DNA of 27,025 nucleotides from Candidatus Hydrogenedentota bacterium (GTDB lineage: Bacteria; Hydrogenedentota; Hydrogenedentia; Hydrogenedentales; SLHB01). The DNA lies in assembly GCA_045863295.1 (NCBI GenBank), contig BTWA01000053.1, positions 1 to 27,025 on the forward strand, written 5' to 3'. How positions within the stretch are numbered: position 1 is the stretch's first letter; each line of letters begins with the position of its first letter. Of the stretch, positions 1 to 9,057 are shown one piece after another. The notes beneath the pieces were generated by a model. That model was not told the origin of the DNA, searched no databases, and saw only the letters and a list, made by a program, of their open reading frames with translations. The position numbers and the translations under genes were made by a program.

Positions 1-53
1 GCTTCACCGCCGACGGCTCCGCAGTCAGCGTCAGCTCGCCCCCGATGAACTAA
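1..53 (+). CDS. 3' end of an upstream gene (partial; ...FTADGSAVSVSSPPMN*)
   Basis: Open frame from position 3 to TAA at 51-53, followed by a strong terminator hairpin. Confidence 0.5.
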   Translation, partial: FTADGSAVSVSSPPMN

Positions 54-75
54 GCCTCTCTGAATCCCCCACTTG

Positions 76-119
76 GATCAGCGGCGAACCGGACCCCCGG
101 TTCGCCGCTGGTCGTTTTT
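76..119 (+). terminator. Rho-independent terminator
   Basis: Perfect 14-bp stem CAGCGGCGAACCGG (79-92), loop ACCC, CCGGTTCGCCGCTG (97-110), followed by GTCGTTTTT. Confidence 0.85.
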
Positions 120-153
120 CTGCCACGCTGATCCATATCGGATAGGCGGCGGA

Positions 154-182
154 TTGTTAAGTCATTCTCATGAAATCCTCAT
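154..182 (+). promoter_or_regulatory. Putative Pho box (three 11-bp-period repeats) upstream of btaA
   Basis: TTGTTAA-gtca-TTCTCAT-gaaa-TCCTCAT, matching 4/7, 5/7 and 4/7 of the PhoB half-site CTGTCAT with exact 11-bp periodicity; btaAB is phosphate-starvation regulated in alphaproteobacteria. Confidence 0.45.
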
Positions 183-236
183 GGTGCGCAAACAGCTTGC
201 CGGTACCCTTTGGCGAACCAGTACACCAAACCGGGT

Positions 237-1451
237 ATGGGGATATCGGCCATGCGTCTATTCGATCGGTGGAATCACACGTGGTTCACTTGGGTTCACC
301 AAAATCATTTGATTTACAACACCTGCTGGGAGGACCCCCGCCTCGACCGCGTTGCCCTCGACCTCACGCCAAACGACACGCTCGTTATGATTACGTCGGC
401 CGGCTGCAATGCATTGGATTATGCGATACAGGGACCACGACGCATCCACGCGGTGGATGTGAACTCCAAACAGAACGCGGTGCTGGAGCTTAAAATGGCG
501 GGCATCCGCCGCATGGACTACGCTCCTTTTTTTGAGCTGTTTGGGCGGGGGCGATTTCGGCACTTTCGACAAGAATACCGTACGCGCCTGCGGCCCGAAC
601 TCTCCGATACCGCCCGCGCGTTTTGGGATGACCGTCTGCATTATTTTGACATAGACAGCCGGAGGCCGGGGTTTTACTTCCGAGGGACGTCTGGTTTCTT
701 CGCACGGTTGATCAACGTATATCTGGATCGCATGCCGGGGCTGCGCCATGGCATTGACGCCATTCTTTCCGCCGAATCCATCGAGGCCCAGCGGCAAATT
801 TACCACGACGGCCTCTACCGCAAGTTCTGGAATCCCTTTATCCGCTGGTTTGCGGGCCAGGACACAACGTTGGCTCTTTTGGGCGTGCCCAAAGCGCAAC
901 GTGAACAAGTAGAACGGCACTACTCCGGTGGGATCGCGGAGTTTATCGAGCAGGCTATTGAGCATGTGTTTTCCCGGCTGCCGCTGGGTGACAATTATTT
1001 CTGGCGCGTTTACCTGACCGGTGAATACACGCCAACATGTTGCCCTGAGTACCTGACCCCGCACGGCTTCGCGTCATTGAAAACGGGCAAGGTGGAATGC
1101 ATTCGAGTGCACACCAATACACTCGAGGGTTTTTTGCGTCGAAGCGAGGTTCGCGCCACGCGCTTTGTATTGTTGGATCACATGGATTGGCTCAGCACGC
1201 ATCAGAAACGGGCGCTCGAGTCGGAATGGCAGGCGATTATCGACAGTGCAGCCCCCGGCACTCGCGTACTCTGGCGAAGCGGCGGCATGAATGTGGACTT
1301 TGTCGATCCAATTCACGTGGTATTGAATGGACGGCAACATGAGGTGGGCGAACTGCTGACGTACAATCGCGAACTGGCCAGCGAGTTGCACGCCATCGAT
1401 CGCGTACACACCTATGGAAGCTTCTACATCGCGGACCTCGCCACCGCATGA
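237..1451 (+). CDS. btaA: BtaA-like S-adenosylmethionine:diacylglycerol 3-amino-3-carboxypropyl transferase (DUF3419)
   Basis: Motifs YNTCWEDPRLD, ITSAGCNALDY, DNYFW, LLDHMDW, LWRS and DRVHTYGSF are typical of BtaA. Start uncertain (TTG 210, ATG 237 or ATG 252). Confidence 0.88.
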   Translation: MGISAMRLFDRWNHTWFTWVHQNHLIYNTCWEDPRLDRVALDLTPNDTLVMITSAGCNALDYAIQGPRRIHAVDVNSKQNAVLELKMAGIRRMDYAPFFELFGRGRFRHFRQEYRTRLRPELSDTARAFWDDRLHYFDIDSRRPGFYFRGTSGFFARLINVYLDRMPGLRHGIDAILSAESIEAQRQIYHDGLYRKFWNPFIRWFAGQDTTLALLGVPKAQREQVERHYSGGIAEFIEQAIEHVFSRLPLGDNYFWRVYLTGEYTPTCCPEYLTPHGFASLKTGKVECIRVHTNTLEGFLRRSEVRATRFVLLDHMDWLSTHQKRALESEWQAIIDSAAPGTRVLWRSGGMNVDFVDPIHVVLNGRQHEVGELLTYNRELASELHAIDRVHTYGSFYIADLATA

Positions 1452-1486
1452 CGAGACTTCGTCCCTGGGATTGGAGCACATAACGC

Positions 1487-2215
1487 ATGGAATTCATGAG
1501 CGATTTGCGAACCGCGTTTCATCTGGCATTCGCACCCAAACGCGGCGCATCGCATGCGGAGCGTCTAGAGCGGTTTTACGCACGTCAAGCCGCGGACTAC
1601 GATCGATTCCGCGAGCGGTTGCTCCATGGCCGAAAAGAAATGTTCGCCGCCTTGCAGATGCCGGACAACGGGACGTGGATCGATATGGGAGGCGGTACAG
1701 GGGCCAGCCTGGAATTTGCAGGCAATCGGATCGCAACGTTGATGTCTGCCACGGTGGTGGACCTCTCTCCCTCCCTATTGAATCTCGCACGAAAGCGAAT
1801 TGCGGTTCGGGGATGGAAAAACTGTGACGCAATTGAAGGCGATGTAACCACGTATAGGCCTGCGAGCAATGTAGACGCGGTGACATTCAGCTATTCGCTC
1901 ACCATGATTCCGGATTGGTTCAAGGCGATTGATCACGCCTTCGAAGTGTTAGGACCCGGCGGGTTGATCGGCGTTGTGGATTTCTATGTATCCCGCAAGC
2001 ACCCGCTGGACGACTGGAAGAAACACGGCTGGTTCACGCGCAGCTTCTGGCCGGTTTGGTTCGCCACTGACAACGTCTACCTGAGCCCGGATCACGTACC
2101 GTATCTGCACGACCGTTTCACGCCGGTACATTTCACCGAGGGCATGGGAACCGTTCCGCTTTTGGCGGGGATGAAAGTCCCCTACTATATTTTCATCGGC
2201 AGGAAACGAGGTTAA
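1487..2215 (+). CDS. btaB: BtaB-like SAM-dependent N-methyltransferase (betaine lipid synthesis)
   Basis: LERFYARQAADYDRFRERLLHGR, DMGGGTG, FSYSLTMIPDW and VVDFYV motifs; directly downstream of btaA. Confidence 0.82.
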   Translation: MEFMSDLRTAFHLAFAPKRGASHAERLERFYARQAADYDRFRERLLHGRKEMFAALQMPDNGTWIDMGGGTGASLEFAGNRIATLMSATVVDLSPSLLNLARKRIAVRGWKNCDAIEGDVTTYRPASNVDAVTFSYSLTMIPDWFKAIDHAFEVLGPGGLIGVVDFYVSRKHPLDDWKKHGWFTRSFWPVWFATDNVYLSPDHVPYLHDRFTPVHFTEGMGTVPLLAGMKVPYYIFIGRKRG

Positions 2216-2218
2216 CGC

Positions 2219-2701
2219 TCATGCCTGCCCTCCGAGCCCCGCGGTGGATTCCAGTTCGGAAAGGAATCTCTGAATGGCCTTGGCATCCTTCGGCGCGACG
2301 TGCGTGAACTGACCGCCGATCGCGTAGCCGCCTTTCGCCTCGACAGTCTTGGTCCAGCGGGCTTCGGCCAGCGCTTCGATTTTCGTTCCATCGTAAAGTT
2401 CAATGGAAAGCCGGAATGGCTGGCCAATGGCCAAAGCATGCTGCACAAACAGGGAAACGCCGCTCGAGCTCAGGTCAAGCACGCGGCCTTTCATTCTCGA
2501 TTTTGAGACCTTCCACTCGCTGGACCCGCCGGCGGCAGTGGCCATTTCCAAATCGACATAGGCATGGCACATGTGCCGGATGGCGTGGCGTTTTTGCCGC
2601 TTCTGGTCGCTCTGCACCATGAGCGTCTTTTGGTCGCTCTGGGCTAGCGTCAAAAGGTCCCGGTCAGCCTTACGGCGCACGATCTTTCTGCGTTCATCCA
2701 T
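2219..2701 (-). CDS. PilZ domain protein (c-di-GMP receptor)
   Basis: RxxxR (QKRHAIR) and D/NxSxxG (DLSSSG) motifs, with C-terminal GGQF. ATG 2701 chosen as start. Confidence 0.75.
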   Translation of the reverse strand: MDERRKIVRRKADRDLLTLAQSDQKTLMVQSDQKRQKRHAIRHMCHAYVDLEMATAAGGSSEWKVSKSRMKGRVLDLSSSGVSLFVQHALAIGQPFRLSIELYDGTKIEALAEARWTKTVEAKGGYAIGGQFTHVAPKDAKAIQRFLSELESTAGLGGQA

Positions 2702-3089
2702 GGTATTTGCGTATCCACCCCTGTTGCACAGCCGTAGTCCGGGTCCGCGTCCGTTCGCGGCTGCCCATTGCGACACCGCCTTCAGGAATTTGATGACGCC
2801 GTGCCACGGCCTAAGCGTAGCAATTCAGTGGGGCCATTTGCACGATTCCCCGCGTACCGGTTCTGTTCGGGGGTATACCGCTACCTTTGAGAATCGAGCG
2901 GGGCAAGCGATGTAGAGCATGCGGAAGCCATTCCCTGAACTGCCACGCAATGTAAGCAATAGTCCTACAGGAATCAGAAACGCGTTGCTGTACTCTAGTC
3001 GAAGCCAACAGATGTGAAACACATTCATTGCCGATTTCGATCGTATGTGCGCAGACTTCATCGGGCCAATACAACGAGGGAGACAGGGC

Positions 3090-4880
3090 ATGTTCAGACA
3101 GTCGTGGGCGTTGTGGTCAAGGTTGATTGTCATATTCCTGTTGGCGATGGCGGGGCATTCGGTACTCGCCGATCCGCCTGCATTGCAAACCGTGGTTACT
3201 TCGATACCGGCATCGTCGCCGGATGATAGCGGCAATCCGGTGTCGCTGGACGCGGAAGTCATCGTCCCAATTCTCGAATACGCCGTTCCCGGTGTCATTT
3301 GGAACCATGGATTCGGCGGGCACAAGGGAAACGATCGAGCCATTCGTGAGCGGCTGGCACAACGCGGTTACGTTGTCCTTTCCTACTCGTCGCGCGGATT
3401 CGGGGATACGCCAGGCCAGGTGGACCTGATGGGCCCTAAAGAGCAACAAGATTTGATTGACGCCGTGAATTGGCTCATTGATCCCGGCAATCCGATTGTT
3501 GGGGGCGCGGTCATCCCGGACTCAATCGGGCAAGTGGGCGCCAGTTACGGCGGCCTTCACGCGTGGTCGCTTGCGCGTTCTGGCCATCCGGCCGTTAGAA
3601 CGGTAGTGCCGATCGCCACGGCCACCAATCTCTACGAGGCGATAGTGCCCTACGATGTAGCCATGCTTGTCTGGCCGGTGGGATTCTATGCAACAGGGTT
3701 CGTGCCCGAGGAAAACAACTACTCCGCAACCTTTCACCAAATCGTTCTGGAAATGGTCAGCGGGGTCAACATGCCGCATGTGTACAATGAACTGACCGCG
3801 CGCGGCATGACCGGACGGTGGGACGACGTGGACATTCCCGTGTTTGTCATTCAAGGCATTAACGACAGCTTATTTCCCGCGAATCCCGGCATGAAAGCCT
3901 TCCAGGAATTGCGGTCGCGCGGCATTGAGACGCGACTATATCTTGGCGGTATCGGCCATCCGCCCGCCGTGGGCGATGGACCCGAGATCGAACGGCTCTA
4001 CGATCAAGTGCTTCAATGGCTTGATCGGCACTTGAAAGGCGCGCCGGAATCCGAGACGCCGCTGATCAACACCTCAGATATCGAGATTGCCAATACGGGC
4101 TATGTCAATAGCCACTGGGATGGCACGGTGCGGTACGCCAATTCCATTTCTACTCCGGGCCGCACGTATTACCTCAAGGCGACATCGCCGTTTGGAGGAA
4201 CCTTGTCAACCACGCCCCCGCTACCGCTATTGACGCCTCCTCTGCCGATGATCAATACCTATGCCGGATCAGGATATCTGGATGAACCTGTAACCAGTGA
4301 GTTGCTCCTGGGGCTCGGCCTGCCCTTGCCTAATCTCTCGCAGATTCCGGGGGTATTGACGTTTGAGACCGCCCCGTTTACCAGTGCCAACGCGATAGAT
4401 ATCGCGGGGATTCCCACGTTTAATTTGAAAGTAATCAGCATTCACCAATTGCCTGTAGGCGCCCCGGGGTTATTGGCAGCGTTTCAGGCAGATCCGAAAA
4501 TATGGGACGTTGATCCGGCAGGCAACGCGACACTCATTTCACGCGGGGCATTCAGCGAACCGGTGAATTCCGCGCCGCTTGTCGCTTCCGCGTTGCACAC
4601 CGCGAGTTTCGAGTCGTTTGCCCTGTTTTACACGTTCCAACCGGGACACCGCCTGCGAATTACCTTGTCTACCGAAGATGCGCCGTACCTTCGGCCCACG
4701 ACCAATCCCTTTATCGTTACTATACATCCGGGGTCAAAGGTGACTTTTCCGACGGGATCGTGGCTGAGTGCTCCGGATCAAGTGGCCACAGTGCCGGATC
4801 CGGAACCGGTCATCCCCCCCACCGTGTTCGAGGGACTGATGTCCGTGCAGGAGTTGGTTTTCGATTTCCTTGGCGTATAG
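3090..4880 (+). CDS. Secreted CocE/NonD family alpha/beta hydrolase (peptidase S15-like)
   Basis: Signal peptide, HGFGG, SRGFG, nucleophile GASYGG, QGINDSLF, GGIGH and C-terminal PGHRLRITLS typical of CocE/PepX_C; GGAG-type SD before ATG 3090. Confidence 0.8.
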   Translation: MFRQSWALWSRLIVIFLLAMAGHSVLADPPALQTVVTSIPASSPDDSGNPVSLDAEVIVPILEYAVPGVIWNHGFGGHKGNDRAIRERLAQRGYVVLSYSSRGFGDTPGQVDLMGPKEQQDLIDAVNWLIDPGNPIVGGAVIPDSIGQVGASYGGLHAWSLARSGHPAVRTVVPIATATNLYEAIVPYDVAMLVWPVGFYATGFVPEENNYSATFHQIVLEMVSGVNMPHVYNELTARGMTGRWDDVDIPVFVIQGINDSLFPANPGMKAFQELRSRGIETRLYLGGIGHPPAVGDGPEIERLYDQVLQWLDRHLKGAPESETPLINTSDIEIANTGYVNSHWDGTVRYANSISTPGRTYYLKATSPFGGTLSTTPPLPLLTPPLPMINTYAGSGYLDEPVTSELLLGLGLPLPNLSQIPGVLTFETAPFTSANAIDIAGIPTFNLKVISIHQLPVGAPGLLAAFQADPKIWDVDPAGNATLISRGAFSEPVNSAPLVASALHTASFESFALFYTFQPGHRLRITLSTEDAPYLRPTTNPFIVTIHPGSKVTFPTGSWLSAPDQVATVPDPEPVIPPTVFEGLMSVQELVFDFLGV

Positions 4881-4900
4881 CGGCTGATTCAAGCATCAAC

Positions 4901-4926
4901 GCGCCGTCCGGTTCGCCGGACGGCGC
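4901..4926. terminator. Hairpin between convergent genes (likely bidirectional terminator)
   Basis: Perfect 11-bp stem GCGCCGTCCGG-TTCG-CCGGACGGCGC; U-tracts are weak. Confidence 0.65.
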
Positions 4927-4961
4927 TTCTAATTTCCAGGGAGTGTGCGGAGCAGTCGAGA

Positions 4962-6329
4962 TTACTCCAGGGAATGCAGACGATCGCAAGCCCGGTGCGC
5001 GCTTAATACGCAGTCGTTCAGGCCGACCCCGCGGTAGGCATTGCCGGCAAAGACCAACCCGGGATGCCGTTGTTCCCCCGCTTCGATGGCCGCGAGTAAC
5101 TCACCATGATGCAGCAAATACTGTGGAATCCCCGCGAAGTGCCTGTAAATCCGTACGAAATCGGGATCGCCGTCAATCTTCAGCAGGGGATGAATCTCAC
5201 GCTTGAGGCAATCTACCATTCCAGAGTCGGTCATGCGAACGGCATCGGGATCCGTGTAGCCGCCGTACATGCTGCGCAGCATAACCCAACCGTCGGGCGC
5301 CTGGTGCGGAAACAGCGAGGAGGTCCAAATGCACCCAAGCGTTCGCTTGCCTTCCTTTCGCGGGATGAGGAAACCAAAACCGTTCATGTCATGCCCAACG
5401 CGATCGCGTTTGTACGCGGTGCACAATACCGCAATGTCGGCATAGGCAATTCGACCCAGAGCGGCGCTCAATGCCGTATCGAAACCGTTGATCATGGACG
5501 CGGCGGCATAGGCCGGCACGGCCACTACAACAGACTTCGTTTCCAAGGCAGGGCCGTCTGTAGTGGATACGCGGAATCCTTGCAACAAGCGCTCAATCGT
5601 GGTTACCGCAGCGCCGCTGCGGTAATGCTCACCCAATGCGACCTGGGCCGTGGAGGCGACCTGACCCATGCCCTGCTTCAACGTGGTCAGCGTACCTCCA
5701 GGTCCCATGGCGCTCGCGCCCTTATTCTCGCGCCGCTTTGCCTTGAGCGCCTTGTAAAGTCCGCCGTAATCCCGTTCCATGGCGGCCATCCGGGGAAAAC
5801 AGTGTTCTAGAGACAGTTGTTTGGCATCACCGCCGAATATGCCCGTCACCATCGGGGATACCATCGTATCCGCCGCTTCGGCGCCTATACGACGCGCGGC
5901 AAAATCCCAGATGGTCTCCGGACGGCCATCGGCCTTCTGCCGAATAAGCGGCTCGCCCATCAGTCTCAACCGCCCTGGGATCGACAACAAGGGCGACACG
6001 AAAAACTTCGGTGGACCGGCAATTTCGATGAGCCGGCCGTCTTTCATGATGAATCGTTTCGCGGCAAGCGCATTTGCCTTGATCAGGTCGGAGGACAAAC
6101 CCAGATCGTCCATCCATTGGAGCGTCCTGGGTTCGCGATCGAGAAACCCGTTGGGTCCCCAGTCGCACAGAAATCCGTCAACGGCGTCGGTTCGGGCAGT
6201 TCCGCCGGGATTGGTATTGGCCTCCAACACCGCAACGGCGCCCGCACCGAGCCTGCGCTGGAGGTAGAATGCGGTGCAGAGTCCTGTCACTCCACCGCCA
6301 ATGACCACTGCTTGATATTCGGAAGGCAT
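4962..6329 (-). CDS. hemY: FAD-dependent protoporphyrinogen oxidase (HemY family)
   Basis: GGGVTG FAD motif, DWGPNGFL, GFGFLIP, IPQY and AGNAYRGVGLNDCV; 4 bp downstream of hemN. Confidence 0.9.
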   Translation of the reverse strand: MPSEYQAVVIGGGVTGLCTAFYLQRRLGAGAVAVLEANTNPGGTARTDAVDGFLCDWGPNGFLDREPRTLQWMDDLGLSSDLIKANALAAKRFIMKDGRLIEIAGPPKFFVSPLLSIPGRLRLMGEPLIRQKADGRPETIWDFAARRIGAEAADTMVSPMVTGIFGGDAKQLSLEHCFPRMAAMERDYGGLYKALKAKRRENKGASAMGPGGTLTTLKQGMGQVASTAQVALGEHYRSGAAVTTIERLLQGFRVSTTDGPALETKSVVVAVPAYAAASMINGFDTALSAALGRIAYADIAVLCTAYKRDRVGHDMNGFGFLIPRKEGKRTLGCIWTSSLFPHQAPDGWVMLRSMYGGYTDPDAVRMTDSGMVDCLKREIHPLLKIDGDPDFVRIYRHFAGIPQYLLHHGELLAAIEAGEQRHPGLVFAGNAYRGVGLNDCVLSAHRACDRLHSLE

Positions 6330-6333
6330 GGAA

Positions 6334-7734
6334 TCACACAGTCCGGGAGTAGCGCACAGGCGAATCCGGACGCTTCAGATAGGCATCAAAGGCCATGGCA
6401 ATATTGCGCACGAAAATCTGGCCCAGGGGCAGCACGTCGACGGCTGCATCCGTTGCGGCGATCATGCGGTCTTGTTCAAAGCCCGCGAGAGATTCGCGCT
6501 CCCGTTCAAAATACGATTCGAACGCCACCCCAAAGCGCGATTCGAACGCGGCGAAATCGATATGGAAATTGCACATCAGTTCGCGAATGACCCACGCACG
6601 AATACGGTCGTCGTCCGTTAACTCGCAACCGCACGCGGTGGGGAACTCCCCTTCATCAATAGCCTCGTAATAGCGGGATAGCTTCTTTTCGTTCTGCGCA
6701 AAACACCCGCCCACCTCGCCGATGGCTGACGTACCCACGGCGACCATGTCGGGCGCATGGGTCACCGTATATCCCATAAAATTACGATACAAACGGCGCT
6801 GTTCCACGGCTTGGCACAATTCATCGTGGGGCATGGCGAAATGATCCATGCCGATTGCAACGTAGCCGCCTTTGACAAACCCTTCGCGTGCTTCCGCAAA
6901 TAAGGCGTACTTGGTCTCGGTATCCGGGAGTTCTGATGGCTCGATATGTTTCTGGTTGCGCAGCCGATCAGGAAGGTAGGCGTAACTGTAAAGGGCCAGC
7001 CGATCGGGACGGATATCCAGGATCTTCTGTACTGTGTCTTTCCATCGTTCCGGGCGTTGGGAAGGGAGCCCATACACCAAATCGATGTTGATACCCGTGA
7101 ACCCGGCCTGTCTGCACACTCCAAACAGATGCCGGGTCTGTTCCTCGGTTTGGTTTCGATGGATCGCGCACTGAACCTCGGGATCGAGATCTTGAACACC
7201 CATACTGACCCGATTGAATCCAAGGTCGCGCAAGAGTCCTACTTGGGCCTCCGTGGTCACTCGGGGGTCCATCTCAAGTGCGACTTCTGCTTCCGGGAGA
7301 AACGCAAAGTGCGCGCTTACCGCATTGTGCAACCGCTGGATTTGGTCCAGATCCAGAAACGTTGGCGTACCGCCTCCCCAGTGCATCTGAGCAAGGCCGC
7401 GGCGGTTACCCAAGCCCGTGGCCAGCATGGACAATTCTTTTTCAACATAGTCCAGATAGGTGTCGGCTAACCCTTCTTTGCGGCCGATTATCACATTACA
7501 TCCGCAAAACGCACACCGTTCCTGGCAAAAGGGAATATGGATGTACAGGGCCAATGGATCGTCCGGAGTCAATGACGCCTTCTTCAAGGCCTGCCGGTAC
7601 GCGGACGAACCAAACGATTCGCGCCACATCGGCGCAGTGGGGTAACTCGTATAACGGGGACCCGGCCGATCGTTTTTACGCAGCATTTCCGGCGTGACGG
7701 CAATGGCTACCCTGTCCTCATTGTAAATCGGCAT
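6334..7734 (-). CDS. hemN: Oxygen-independent coproporphyrinogen III oxidase (radical SAM)
   Basis: GPRYTSYPTA, YIHIPFCQERCAFCGC, HWGGGTPT, IGMDHFA and RNFMGY motifs. Start taken at ATG 7734 (GAGG SD upstream) rather than 7878. Confidence 0.93.
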   Translation of the reverse strand: MPIYNEDRVAIAVTPEMLRKNDRPGPRYTSYPTAPMWRESFGSSAYRQALKKASLTPDDPLALYIHIPFCQERCAFCGCNVIIGRKEGLADTYLDYVEKELSMLATGLGNRRGLAQMHWGGGTPTFLDLDQIQRLHNAVSAHFAFLPEAEVALEMDPRVTTEAQVGLLRDLGFNRVSMGVQDLDPEVQCAIHRNQTEEQTRHLFGVCRQAGFTGINIDLVYGLPSQRPERWKDTVQKILDIRPDRLALYSYAYLPDRLRNQKHIEPSELPDTETKYALFAEAREGFVKGGYVAIGMDHFAMPHDELCQAVEQRRLYRNFMGYTVTHAPDMVAVGTSAIGEVGGCFAQNEKKLSRYYEAIDEGEFPTACGCELTDDDRIRAWVIRELMCNFHIDFAAFESRFGVAFESYFERERESLAGFEQDRMIAATDAAVDVLPLGQIFVRNIAMAFDAYLKRPDSPVRYSRTV

Positions 7735-8039
7735 GAATGTGGAAAGACCTCGCATCGTAATTCGACTCCGGTATTTTATACTCAAATCCAGCGTGAAGTC
7801 GAAGCAATTCAGACCAGGAGGCTTGCCGCAAAATGACAGGTCCACACTGCGAAACCTGCAATACTGATCCGCCAGCATGGTATTTTAGGCAAGAGACCTA
7901 ATTGCCAACAACAAATGTGTATATTGATATCTATTAGAATAGTTAAATTATTTGTCGCGTTTTAACCCATTTGGGATGCCTGAAAACACTATCACTACAG
8001 AGCGATTACCGCAAATTACTGGGTATGCGGGATTTTTAC

Positions 8040-8068
8040 TTGCATAAAATTAATATTCCCGGTATAAT
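8040..8068 (+). promoter_or_regulatory. sigma70-type promoter
   Basis: TTGCAT (8040-45), 17-bp spacer, TATAAT (8063-68), in an AT-rich intergenic region. Confidence 0.7.
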
Positions 8069-8079
8069 CGGTCTGTAGC

Positions 8080-9057
8080 ATGACCAAGGGACACTTAGCA
8101 TACGTTGGGAGCGAGACCCTGCGAACCGTGGGGGAGCCGGCGAGTCGGCTCCACGCCTCGGTGCATCCTGCATCCACGTTGGAACGCAGCCAGAGCGGCG
8201 GGGCCGACGCTTCCGTACTATCTACGAACGGAAAACGGACGGTAGAGAAGTCTTACGGAATGCTCGAAGTTGGCGTCGTGTCGGTAACATTTCGAAACTT
8301 CGGACCGCGGGATGTAATCAAGCACGCCCTGGCAGGGCGGGTTTCGCACATCGAGTGGTCCGCGGATCGTCATGTCCCGACGGGCGGGCTGGACGCGGCT
8401 CGGGAAGTGGGCGCCATGACTCGAGATGCCGGTCTCTCAATTGCAGGCTACGGGGCCTACTACAAAGCGGGCCTGCCTCCCATGGATGCCCAGCCGTTTG
8501 AGCCGGTGCTGGAAACCGCCATGGCATTGGGCGCCACCAACATCCGCATCTGGGCCGGTGACAAGGGGTCTTCGGGAGCGCGTGAGAGTTACTGGAACGC
8601 AGTGGTTCAGGACACGTTACGCATCGCGGATTTGGCGCAGTCGGCAGGTCTGACCATCTCCTTTGAATTCCAAAGCAACACATTGAACGACACGGGCACC
8701 AGTTCAGAGCGCCTGATGCAGGCTATCAAACATCCGGCTGTCTTTACCTATTGGCAACCGGACAGCCGCCTGCTCCCCGACGAGCGGCTGGAAGGCCTAA
8801 ACCAGATTCGGCCCTGGCTGAAGAACATACATGTATTTCACTGGTCGGACGGCAGACGCCAAGCATTTGCCGATGGCGAAAAAGAGTGGCTGACCTACTT
8901 GACCTCGGCCGCACACTGCAATTCGACTCGAGTCTGCCTCATCGAGTTTGTAAAAGACGATTTGCTTACCAATTTTGTTGCCGATGCCAACATACTCCGT
9001 TCGATCGTAACCCAGGCCAATGGCCGGGTGAAACGAGTCGAATCCACTCAACGATAA
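8080..9057 (+). CDS. Sugar phosphate isomerase/epimerase, xylose-isomerase-like TIM barrel
   Basis: SVTFR, IEWSADRHVP, IRIWAG, TYWQP, NIHVFHW and LIEFV motifs. The conserved domain appears to begin near ATG 8260, which may be the true start. Confidence 0.75.
   Translation: MTKGHLAYVGSETLRTVGEPASRLHASVHPASTLERSQSGGADASVLSTNGKRTVEKSYGMLEVGVVSVTFRNFGPRDVIKHALAGRVSHIEWSADRHVPTGGLDAAREVGAMTRDAGLSIAGYGAYYKAGLPPMDAQPFEPVLETAMALGATNIRIWAGDKGSSGARESYWNAVVQDTLRIADLAQSAGLTISFEFQSNTLNDTGTSSERLMQAIKHPAVFTYWQPDSRLLPDERLEGLNQIRPWLKNIHVFHWSDGRRQAFADGEKEWLTYLTSAAHCNSTRVCLIEFVKDDLLTNFVADANILRSIVTQANGRVKRVESTQR

Noticed and set aside
7924..7937. FNR box upstream of hemN (TTGAT-atct-ATTAG)
   Set aside because: Two mismatches in the second half-site within an AT-rich tract; too weak to call.
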